This document shows positions 20,861 through 29,131 of a stretch of 64,000 nucleotides of DNA, piece after piece. Location of the stretch: NCBI GenBank assembly GCA_041483195.1, contig JBGPFC010000022.1, positions 1 through 64,000 on the forward strand. Direction: 5' to 3'. Position 1 is the first letter of the stretch; every line of letters begins with the position of its first letter. The notes beneath the pieces were generated by a model that was given only the letters and a program-made list of their open reading frames with translations, did no database searches and was not told the origin of the DNA. The translations under genes were made by a program, and so were the position numbers. Source of the stretch: Candidatus Eiseniibacteriota bacterium (GTDB lineage: Bacteria; Eisenbacteria; RBG-16-71-46).

Positions 20861-21201
20861 AGGTCTTCGGAGGGGGGGGACCTCCAACGTCCAGCAGTTC
20901 GCTGTTGGACCACTTCTGGGCTAGCCGGTGCAGTGAGGGTTCGGTCGAGGGTACGAGCCCCAGTCAAACGACAACGCACCGTCCTTCACGACCGGCTAGC
21001 TTGGAGTGCCGAACGCCAGACTTCATTCCCGGGAACACGTCCGAGCGACCGCCGACCCGCCAGCTACGGAGTGTCGAGCGGCACGCGCATTCGGGACCGA
21101 TCCCGGATCATCAGGACACCGGTCGATTCGCGTCACGGGCCAGCACTGGGGGATGTCCGGGCTTGTGGTCGCGGCAGTGCAGACCGGTGTCCTGATCTTT
21201 T
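20861..21201 (+). ncRNA. Candidate structured non-coding RNA (~340 nt), family not recognised
   Basis: Stems 20889-20910 (UUCG loop), 20911-20929/20991-21008, 21091-21106, 21110-21124/21182-21196 then CTTTT; many G-U pairs on + strand; no convincing ORF. Confidence 0.62.
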
Positions 21202-21355
21202 CCCCGGGTGTGGCGCCTCACGCACACCTGCGACGGCCCCGCACACTCTCCGCGAACGAACCGCGACCGCGGGGCCATCTCAACCGTCTATCTTCCGTGT
21301 TGCCAGCGCGAAGGTTAGGGACGGACTCCCGGGGTCCGATCGCCACCGCGACGCG

Positions 21356-21370
21356 TGGCACGTCGGTTGC
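21356..21370 (+). promoter_or_regulatory. Sigma54 -24/-12 promoter for the 21419-25141 operon
   Basis: TGGCACGTCGGTTGC matches the TGGCACG-N4-TTGC consensus. Confidence 0.8.
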
Positions 21371-21418
21371 CCTCTGTAACTCCCGACGCCATCGTGAGGC
21401 CACGCACGGGAGGACGAC

Positions 21419-22246
21419 ATGTTCAGGCACTGGATGACTGCGGTGACGGCGGTCGTGCTGATCGCCGGCTGCGACGAGGAAACGACCCGTCCTCGCGACG
21501 TGATCCCGCCCACGCCTCCGCGCGGCGTATACAGCGTCACCGGCGACCGGCGCGTGGACATCCACTGGCTCGCCAACACCGAAGGCGATGTGGCCGGTTA
21601 CAAGGTGTTCGAGGCGCCATGCGCGAGCGGTCAGAGTTGCCCTTACAAGCTGGTCGGAGTGACGGCCGGAACCTCTTTCGGCGTGACCGGCCTCGCGAAT
21701 GGGGCCACCCGCTACTTCGCCGTCGCCGCGTACGATCGCGCCGGCAACGAGAGCGCGCCATCGCTCGAGGACGTTTACGATACCCCGCGTCCGGCGGGCT
21801 TTGGCCTCGCGCTCGCGGGGTTCGGAGCTTCGCCCGCGACCAGCGGGTACGATTTCTCGGCATTCGTGGTGCGCCCCTACGACAATCAGAACGCCGACAT
21901 CTTTTTCGGCTACGGCGGCTCCATCTACCAGATGTTCGCGGCGTTCGACGACGTCCTCATCCAGGATGCCGGCTACACGCACAGCCTGGATGAAGTAGAC
22001 TTCGCCCCGACCGCCGGATGGTCCGCGAATGGCACGGTCGAGCTCATCGAAGGCCACAGCTACGTGGCGTGGATGACCCTCGACAATCACTTCGCCAAGT
22101 TCCGCGTCGTCTCGCTGACGCCGGCGCCGGCGCGAGTCGTCATCGACTGGGCGTACCAGGTGGATGCCGGAAACCGCGAGCTCGTGGCGCGCCCCGCCGC
22201 GCTCGAAGGCGGCCGGGTGCGCAGGCCGGTCGTATGGCTGCGCTGA
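21419..22246 (+). CDS. Lipoprotein with fibronectin type III domain
   Basis: LIAG-C lipobox; DVAGYKVF and YFAVAAYDRAGNES FN3 signature; GGAGG RBS. Confidence 0.82.
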   Translation: MFRHWMTAVTAVVLIAGCDEETTRPRDVIPPTPPRGVYSVTGDRRVDIHWLANTEGDVAGYKVFEAPCASGQSCPYKLVGVTAGTSFGVTGLANGATRYFAVAAYDRAGNESAPSLEDVYDTPRPAGFGLALAGFGASPATSGYDFSAFVVRPYDNQNADIFFGYGGSIYQMFAAFDDVLIQDAGYTHSLDEVDFAPTAGWSANGTVELIEGHSYVAWMTLDNHFAKFRVVSLTPAPARVVIDWAYQVDAGNRELVARPAALEGGRVRRPVVWLR

Positions 22247-22255
22247 AAGGACGCG

Positions 22256-22777
22256 ATGGGACACTGGACCCGATGGGTCGGAATCGTGGCGGCGCTGGTC
22301 GCCGTTTCCGGCTGCATGGCGGGGTACCGGGCGACGACCGTGTCCGCGCGATACACCGCATCGAGTCGGCCTCACGCGAGCTATTACTGCTATGATTGCC
22401 ATGGCGATCGGTTCTTCGATCCCTACTATGACTGGTGCGCGTACTATGGCTTCCAGTACGCGTGGTCGCGGCACCCGGAGGTGGTCGGGCTCTACCGCGA
22501 GCGCTACCTGAGGATCAAGGAGCGCCACCCGGAGTACGGCCGATATCGTTACTCGGCGGACTACCGCGAGACCCGCCGCTATCGCGAGCCCATGGACTAC
22601 GAGGCATGGCGCCGCGCCTCGCGGAACGGGCCCGGAGGCGAAACGCGATCGGTGGAGCGTCCGAAATCGAGGGAGAAGAGTCACGACGACGCGGGTACAC
22701 AGCAGAAGCCCAAGGGCCGCGAGCGCAAGGAACCACGCGACCGGAAGTCGCGCGACTCCCTGCGGGAGGGAGCATGA
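22256..22777 (+). CDS. Tyr-rich lipoprotein with CxxCH motif
   Basis: VSG-C lipobox; YYCYDCHG...FDPYYDWC; charged tail. Confidence 0.7.
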   Translation: MGHWTRWVGIVAALVAVSGCMAGYRATTVSARYTASSRPHASYYCYDCHGDRFFDPYYDWCAYYGFQYAWSRHPEVVGLYRERYLRIKERHPEYGRYRYSADYRETRRYREPMDYEAWRRASRNGPGGETRSVERPKSREKSHDDAGTQQKPKGRERKEPRDRKSRDSLREGA

Positions 22778-22778
22778 G

Positions 22779-24188
22779 ATGGAACACCAACGGATGAAGT
22801 GGAGCCTCGCGCCGTTGCTCGCGCTGGCATTGCTGCCGGGCGCGGCGCTCGCCCGCGGGTTCGCGGTCGACGTCTGGACCGACCGCGGGAGCGATGCCGT
22901 GTACCAGCCGGGCGACGCGATGCAGGTCAAGGTGCGCGCGTCGGATGACGCGTACGTGATGGTCTACGAGATCGACGCCGAAGGATCCGTGCACGTGCTC
23001 TACCCGTACCAGGGCCGCAGCGGGTTCATGGATGGACGGCACACCTATCGCGTCCCCTCCGATGATGCCGACGTGTCGCTCGTCGTGCAGACCTCGGTCG
23101 GGCAGGCCTACCTGGTCGCGCTTGCATCGCGCGATCCGTTCGGACCGTTGCCATGGTACCTGCGCCCCTACAACGCGCAGGCGGAGGGCGTCGGCTACGA
23201 GGGCAAGCCGGACGAAGAAGACGGCGTGACCGCCGAGGGCCGCATCGTCGGCGATCCGTTTGTCGCGATGGAGCGCATCCGCCGCCGGGTGCTGAAGGAT
23301 CCCGACAGTCCCACCGAGTTCGCGACGGCGTACACCTCGTACTACGTGCAGCACGAGGTGCGCTATCCGCGGTACCTCTGCTACGACTGCCATCGTCCCG
23401 GCCAGTGGGCCTGGTGGGACGGTTTCGACCCGTACTACGCCCACTGCAGCATGATCGACTTCCGCGTGAACTGGTCCTGGGCATGGGGGCCCAGCTACTG
23501 GTTCGGTCGCGTGCCGTACTTCGTGTACGTGTACCGCACCAACTGCCCCCCGCGCTATTGGCGCTACCGCGACCAGGGCATCTGGTATTCGTCGTGGGAC
23601 GGCTGGTCGCGCTGGTGTGACGTATGGGGCACGCCTTCCCTCACGCGCTACAAGTCGCCGCCGCCGCCTGGATACAATCCGCCCACCAAGTTCGGTCCAC
23701 GCACGACCTGGGGCCCGGCTCAGCCCACGCCGCCGGGATTCCTCGTCACCGACATGCGAAAGCGCGAGAGCATGCATCCCGATCCTCCGATCGGCCGCAA
23801 TCACGAGGGCGGCAACGCGGACGACCGGTTCGACGGCGGACTCAGGAAGTGGGGTACGGGACGAGCGCCCTCGGTCGCGCCGCGGGACGAAGGTGAAGGG
23901 GAACGGACCGGACGGGGCGTCTCGCGCCCCTCCGTCGAGCGGACTCCGATGCCCAGCGCCCCGCCGCGGGATGAGTCGGCGCCCCGCGTCGAGCCGCGTC
24001 GGGAGGAGCGTCCCACCCCTCGTCCCGCGGCGCCGCGCGAGGAAAAGCCCGCGCCGAGAGCGGAGCCACGGCGCGAGGAGCGTCCCGCTCCCAAGGCGGA
24101 GCCGGCGCGTGACGAGCGTCGTCCCGAGCCCGCGCAGAAACCGCGCGAGGAAGGTCCGGTGCGTGGTGGCCGTCGGGGCGGCGGTTGA
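22779..24188 (+). CDS. Secreted DUF4384-like protein with CxxCH motif, Trp/Tyr-rich region and Pro/Arg/Glu tail
   Basis: VDVWTDRG...YQPGD...DAYVMVYEIDAEGSVHVLYP; YLCYDCH...FDPYYAHC; EPRREERP repeats. Confidence 0.75.
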   Translation: MEHQRMKWSLAPLLALALLPGAALARGFAVDVWTDRGSDAVYQPGDAMQVKVRASDDAYVMVYEIDAEGSVHVLYPYQGRSGFMDGRHTYRVPSDDADVSLVVQTSVGQAYLVALASRDPFGPLPWYLRPYNAQAEGVGYEGKPDEEDGVTAEGRIVGDPFVAMERIRRRVLKDPDSPTEFATAYTSYYVQHEVRYPRYLCYDCHRPGQWAWWDGFDPYYAHCSMIDFRVNWSWAWGPSYWFGRVPYFVYVYRTNCPPRYWRYRDQGIWYSSWDGWSRWCDVWGTPSLTRYKSPPPPGYNPPTKFGPRTTWGPAQPTPPGFLVTDMRKRESMHPDPPIGRNHEGGNADDRFDGGLRKWGTGRAPSVAPRDEGEGERTGRGVSRPSVERTPMPSAPPRDESAPRVEPRREERPTPRPAAPREEKPAPRAEPRREERPAPKAEPARDERRPEPAQKPREEGPVRGGRRGGG

Positions 24189-25141
24189 TCGCACCCGGCC
24201 CGAATCGTAGCGGCGAGCGACGGGGCACACGCGCGGCTTCAGTCGCGCTTGTGCTCGTCGCGTTCGCGTGCATTGCGGGCGTGCGCTTCGCCCACGCCGG
24301 CCCCGCGGGCTTCGCCTTCCTCGAGATCCCCGCGGGCGCGCGCGCGTCGGCCATGGGGGGCGCGTACGCCTCGATCGCCACGGGCGTCGAGGCGGCGTTC
24401 TGGAACCCGGCCGGTCTCGATGCGGCGCGCGGCACGCAGGTGACCGCGAGCCACTTCGAGCTCTACCAGAACTTTCGCAATGATCAATTCGCGATCGCCG
24501 GCCACCTGCTCGGCGGCGGCGTCGCGGCGTCGATGCGCGCGCTCTACTCGGAGCCCATCGAGGAACGCGACGAGCTCGGCAACCTGACCGGAAGCTTCGG
24601 CGGGCACGATCTCGAATTCGCGCTGGGGTACGGAACCATGGTCGCCGCCGGCTTGCGGGCCGGAGGAACGGTGCAGACGGTTCGCGAGCGCATCGCCAAT
24701 CTCGCCGCGACCACCTACTCGATGGGCCTAGGCGTCACCTGGGACCCGGAATTCCTCTCGGGATCCCGGTGGAGCCTGAGCGCGCACAACCTCGGATCGT
24801 CGGCGGCCTACCCCATCGACGGCGCAGGCCCGGTGGATCTTCCGAGCGCGGTCCAGGGCGGATTCTCCTACGGGCGGGTGCTGGCGCCGGGCCTCGATCT
24901 GCGCGGAGCGGTCGAGACGCGCGTCACGCGCGGCCGCAGCGGCGTCGCCATGATCGGGGGCGAGCTCTCGAGTCCGGCGGGGGCCGCGCTGCGCCTCGGA
25001 TTCCGGGTCAACGACAGCTCGACCAGCTTCAGCGTAGGCGCCGGTTACGCGAGGAACGTCTTGCGCCTCGACTACGCCTTCGTGCCGTCACTTCTCGATC
25101 TGGGCGACACGCACCGCGTTTCGTTCACGACCCAGTTCTGA
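24185..25141 (+). CDS. PorV/PorQ-like outer-membrane barrel protein
   Basis: FLEIPAGARASAMGGA, AFWNPAGL, LDYAFVP...LGDTHRVSF; ends in F. Confidence 0.8.
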   Translation: MIAPGPNRSGERRGTRAASVALVLVAFACIAGVRFAHAGPAGFAFLEIPAGARASAMGGAYASIATGVEAAFWNPAGLDAARGTQVTASHFELYQNFRNDQFAIAGHLLGGGVAASMRALYSEPIEERDELGNLTGSFGGHDLEFALGYGTMVAAGLRAGGTVQTVRERIANLAATTYSMGLGVTWDPEFLSGSRWSLSAHNLGSSAAYPIDGAGPVDLPSAVQGGFSYGRVLAPGLDLRGAVETRVTRGRSGVAMIGGELSSPAGAALRLGFRVNDSSTSFSVGAGYARNVLRLDYAFVPSLLDLGDTHRVSFTTQF

Positions 25142-25160
25142 CGGGCGCCGCCCGGGCGAT

Positions 25161-25895
25161 TCAGCATTCGGGCCACACCTCGAGCCGCAGCTTCCCATGT
25201 TCGAGCACGACGTAAGTGAAATTGCGAATCCAGTCGCCGAGCACGAAAAACTCGCGACCATTCTCGCGGCGCTCGAAGGCGTGATGGAAGTGCCCGATCA
25301 TCACGGCGTCGTAGCCGGCGGCGAACCGCGGGGCGGCGATCTCGCGCCACAGCCGCTCGCCCTCGAGCGGACGGCTGTCGCGCGAGCCGCGCGAGCGATT
25401 CGATACCCAGCGGGCGAGCGGGAATCCGAGGTCGGGATGAAGCAGCCCGTAGAGGGCGATGCTCGCGGGGTGGCGGATGACCTTCTTCATCAACCGGTAT
25501 CCGAGATCGCCGCCGGTGAGCCCGTCACCGTGGTGCAGCCAGAGCTTCCGGCCCTGGCGTTCGAGGGAAAGCGCGCCGTGCTCGGTCGCGATGCCGAGGG
25601 ATTCCTTCATGAAGCGACCCAACCAAAAGTCGTGATTGCCGTTCAAATACGTGATCGGGAGGCCGGACTCCCGGAGCCCGCGCAGGACCGAGAGGGTCTC
25701 GAAGAAGCGCCGCGGGATGGCGGTGCGGTACTCGAACCAGAAATCGAAGAGGTCGCCCACGATGTAGAGGGCGTCCGCGCGTCCGGGCAGCGAGTTCAAG
25801 AAGGCGTGAAGGCGCCGCAGGCGCGGCGCTTCCACCTCCGCCGCCGAGGCGCCGATGTGCGAATCGGAGAAAAAATAAACGGCGCCGTCGGACAT
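25161..25895 (-). CDS. lpxH: UDP-2,3-diacylglucosamine hydrolase
   Basis: SDSH, GDLFDFWFEY, GNHD, HGD, GHFH, LGDW metallophosphoesterase motifs. Confidence 0.88.
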   Translation of the reverse strand: MSDGAVYFFSDSHIGASAAEVEAPRLRRLHAFLNSLPGRADALYIVGDLFDFWFEYRTAIPRRFFETLSVLRGLRESGLPITYLNGNHDFWLGRFMKESLGIATEHGALSLERQGRKLWLHHGDGLTGGDLGYRLMKKVIRHPASIALYGLLHPDLGFPLARWVSNRSRGSRDSRPLEGERLWREIAAPRFAAGYDAVMIGHFHHAFERRENGREFFVLGDWIRNFTYVVLEHGKLRLEVWPEC

Positions 25896-26261
25896 GACCG
25901 GGCAGTCTATCAACCGCCCGCGCGGCCGGACAAGCCGCGCGGGGGCGTCGCGCGCGCCGCCGCGCGGCATGCCGTTTCGAACTCGGGCGCCGCGCGGCGC
26001 GCCGGCCCGCGCCGGGCCCGGAGTTCGCCGCGCCGGGCGCCGAGCGTGGTTCGATCGAGTGCGCTGCGACATCCTCAACCCGCGACGCGGGGCTCGCGAC
26101 GCCGGAGGGCGGTGCGGCCCGCACAATTGACGGACAGGTGACAGCCCGCGCTTCGCGGCCGATAACCATGAAGCGTGCCCAGATCTCGGCCCGGGACGGC
26201 GCCCCCGCCGCGGCGGCAGCCCCGATCCGAACGACGAGAGTCATACACGGAGGAAAGCGGA

Positions 26262-27752
26262 ATGAACCCGAGTCCTGTAGCCCACACCCGCCCACGCAAC
26301 TACTACCTGAGCGCCTTGCTGGTCGGATTCATCGGTCTCGCCCTCGGCCTGGGTCTGAGCGCGGGGTTCAATCTCCAGCGGGCGTCGAGGGCTGAACACG
26401 CCGCGCTCGCGGCGTTCACCTCCGGCGCCGACGTTCCCGAGAGCCCGTTCGTTCCGGTCGTCGAGCGGGCGCTGCCCGCGGTGGTCTTCATCGACGTTCG
26501 CAAGAAGGTGAGCGGCGAGGACGGACAGGATCCGCAGGACGAGCTGTTCAAGCGCTTCTTCGGCGACTCGCCGCACCGGCAGCGCACCCAGCCCACCTCG
26601 GGCTCCGGGTTCATCATCGACCACGACGGCCGCATCCTCACCAACAACCACGTGGTGCGCGACGCCAGCGACATCACCGTCACCCTCAACGACAAGCGCA
26701 CGTTCAAGGCGAAGGTCGTCGGCACCGATCCAGAGACCGACGTCGCCGTGATCAAGATCGAGGGAGACGATCTCCCGACGCTGCCGCTCGGCGACTCCGA
26801 CAAGATCCGCGTCGGCGACTGGGCGATCGCGATCGGCAACCCGCTCGGCGAGCTGCGTGGGTCGGTCACGGTCGGCATCATCAGCGCGCAGGGCCGCTCG
26901 AACCTGAACATCTGGGGCGGCACCCCCGGCTTCCAGGACTTCATTCAGACCGACGCTTCGATCAACTTCGGAAACTCGGGCGGACCGCTCTGCAACATTC
27001 GCGGCGAGGCGATCGGCATCAACACGGCGATCAATCCCAGCGGTCAGGGGATCGGATTCGCGATCCCGATCAATCTGGTCAAGCACGTGGCCGAGCAGCT
27101 GGTCGCGCACGGCGAGGTGTCCCGCGCGTGGCTCGGTGTGCAGCTGGCGGAGCTCACGCCCGAAATCGCGGAAGGCTTCGGCCTGCGCGCCGATCGCGGC
27201 GTGCTCATCCAGGAAGTGCTGAAGGATCAGCCGGCCGAGCGCGCCGGCCTGCGCCGCAACGACGTCATCGTGGAGTTCGAGGGGCAGCCGGTCTCCGATC
27301 TCCAGAAGTTCCGCCTCAAGGTGGCCGATACTCCCGCCGGGCAGAAGGTCCAGCTCGTGGTGCTGCGCGACGGCAAGCGCGTGCCGGTCACGGTGACGCT
27401 CGCGCCGCGGCAGACCAACGCGCTGGCGCAGAACACGCAGCCGACCGAGGAGGCCCCGGTCTCCGAGAAGCTCGCCGGGGTGCGGGTACGGGATCTCACC
27501 GCCGGCGAGAAATCGACGGCGAAGCTCGAGGCTGGCGTCGTGATCAGCGACGTGCTGGATGGCAGCGCGGCCGATGAAGCCGGCCTGCAGGCCGGCGACG
27601 TGATCGAGGAAGTCGGCGGCAAGCCGGTCCACTCCGTAAACGAATTCGCCGCGCAACTGAACGTGGCCAAGAAGTCCAGCAAGAAGCACGCGGTGTTCCT
27701 CGTGCGCAGGGGCGACGTCTCGAACTTCGTGCCGGTGCAGCTCGGGGAGTGA
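26262..27752 (+). CDS. degP: DegP/HtrA (Do) serine protease with two PDZ domains
   Basis: GSGFII, TNNHVV, DVAVIKI, QTDASINFGNSGGPL. Confidence 0.93.
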   Translation: MNPSPVAHTRPRNYYLSALLVGFIGLALGLGLSAGFNLQRASRAEHAALAAFTSGADVPESPFVPVVERALPAVVFIDVRKKVSGEDGQDPQDELFKRFFGDSPHRQRTQPTSGSGFIIDHDGRILTNNHVVRDASDITVTLNDKRTFKAKVVGTDPETDVAVIKIEGDDLPTLPLGDSDKIRVGDWAIAIGNPLGELRGSVTVGIISAQGRSNLNIWGGTPGFQDFIQTDASINFGNSGGPLCNIRGEAIGINTAINPSGQGIGFAIPINLVKHVAEQLVAHGEVSRAWLGVQLAELTPEIAEGFGLRADRGVLIQEVLKDQPAERAGLRRNDVIVEFEGQPVSDLQKFRLKVADTPAGQKVQLVVLRDGKRVPVTVTLAPRQTNALAQNTQPTEEAPVSEKLAGVRVRDLTAGEKSTAKLEAGVVISDVLDGSAADEAGLQAGDVIEEVGGKPVHSVNEFAAQLNVAKKSSKKHAVFLVRRGDVSNFVPVQLGE

Positions 27753-27840
27753 CATTCCGCGACGGACGTGCCGGATGCTGCGGGTCCGCCTCCGCCTGAT
27801 ATCATGCAAGGGTTGCGCGACCCACGGAAGGACTCCACGC

Positions 27841-29121
27841 GTGAGGCATGATCCGCACCGATTGAAATCCGGCGGTGTACCGCCGGCGCCGGCTCGACTC
27901 GCGGCGCCGGCGCTCGCCTGCGTGGCGCTGGGCCTCGCGCTGGCGCTGGGCGCGTCCGGCGCGCGCGCCGACGGCCCTCCGCGCGGCGCGCTCACGCTAT
28001 CGGGGGTGCGCTCCTGGTCCGCGCCGGCCAACACCCGCGTGGTCTTCGACTTCAGCGGAGACGTGACGATGGTGGCCCCCGACAGCGGGGTCAGCGACCA
28101 GGTGGTCGTCAGCATCCCGGGTGAGGCCATGCTGCGGGGGAGCGGCGTGCCTGCGATGCTGGTGGTGGGCGACAGCGTCGTGGACTCGGTCCAGGTGTCG
28201 ACCGGGGCCGAGGGAGCGCGCTTCCGCCTCTGGTTTCGGGACACCACCAGCTTTCACGTCTTCACCCTGAGCGCCGAGGACGACAAGCCCTTCCGGCTGG
28301 TCGTCGACGTGGACCGCCCCGGCGCGGCCGCCGAGGAGGCCCAGCGTCTCGCCGCGATCGCCGCCGAGAAGCGACGCGACCGCGTGCGCATCATCGCGGT
28401 CGACGCCGGTCACGGCGGCGAGGACACGGGCGCGCGGGGACCGCGCGGCGTGCTCGAGAAGAACGTGACCCTCGGCGTCGCGAGGGCGCTCGCCGACGAG
28501 CTCAACCGGATGGCCGGATTCCGCGCGGTGCTCACGCGCGACCGCGACTACTTCATCCCGCTGCGACAGCGCTACCGCATCGCGGAGAAGATGAAGGCCG
28601 ACATCTTCATCAGCATTCACGCCAACTCGTCGAAGCGACGCGGCTCGGGGAGCGGGACCGAGGTCTTCTTTCTCTCGCTGGCCGGGGCGAGCGATCAGGC
28701 CGACGCCGACCTCGCCGACCTCGAAAACGCGGCGGACCTGGTGGGGGGCGTGCCATCGCGGGCGGAGGACGATCTCGTGAACATCCTCTACGACGTGAAG
28801 CGCAGCTCCGCCATGCAGCAGAGCCAGCTGCTCGCTGACGCGCTGCTCGAGAACGTCGCCTCCGACCGCCGGCTCGAATCGCGCGGCGTGAAGCAGGCCG
28901 GCTTCGTCGTGCTGAAGTCGGTCGAGTTCCCTTCGGTGCTGGTGGAGACCGCGTTCATCAACAACCCGCTCGAGGCCCGGCTGCTGCGCGACCCGGCCTT
29001 TCAGAAGCAGATGGGCAGGCAGCTCGCGGGGGGAGTGAGGCACTACTTCCAGCGTGCGGGCATCGGGCTCAGGCTCGACGACGACGCGCGGGACGCCGCC
29101 ACCGCATCATCGGGGCGTTGA
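27841..29121 (+). CDS. N-acetylmuramoyl-L-alanine amidase (AMIN-like + Amidase_3)
   Basis: VDAGHGGED, EK, FISIHAN, SVLVETAFINN. Confidence 0.92.
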   Translation: MRHDPHRLKSGGVPPAPARLAAPALACVALGLALALGASGARADGPPRGALTLSGVRSWSAPANTRVVFDFSGDVTMVAPDSGVSDQVVVSIPGEAMLRGSGVPAMLVVGDSVVDSVQVSTGAEGARFRLWFRDTTSFHVFTLSAEDDKPFRLVVDVDRPGAAAEEAQRLAAIAAEKRRDRVRIIAVDAGHGGEDTGARGPRGVLEKNVTLGVARALADELNRMAGFRAVLTRDRDYFIPLRQRYRIAEKMKADIFISIHANSSKRRGSGSGTEVFFLSLAGASDQADADLADLENAADLVGGVPSRAEDDLVNILYDVKRSSAMQQSQLLADALLENVASDRRLESRGVKQAGFVVLKSVEFPSVLVETAFINNPLEARLLRDPAFQKQMGRQLAGGVRHYFQRAGIGLRLDDDARDAATASSGR

Positions 29122-29131
29122 AGTGGGCGGC

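Noticed and set aside
20861..21201. tmRNA, RNase P, SRP, 6S or CsrB/RsmZ identity for the structured region
   Set aside because: No tRNA-like ends, no GAGGAAAGUCC, no SRP loop, not a single rod with central bubble, too few GGA loops; an Rfam search is still needed
20824..21437. ORFs of 123-148 aa across the candidate ncRNA region
   Set aside because: No RBS-linked start, no recognisable domain, atypical codons; three overlapping frames are equally poor
23990..24150. EPRREERP-type DNA repeats as CRISPR or mobile repeat
   Set aside because: In-frame low-complexity protein tail with no unique spacers and no cas genes
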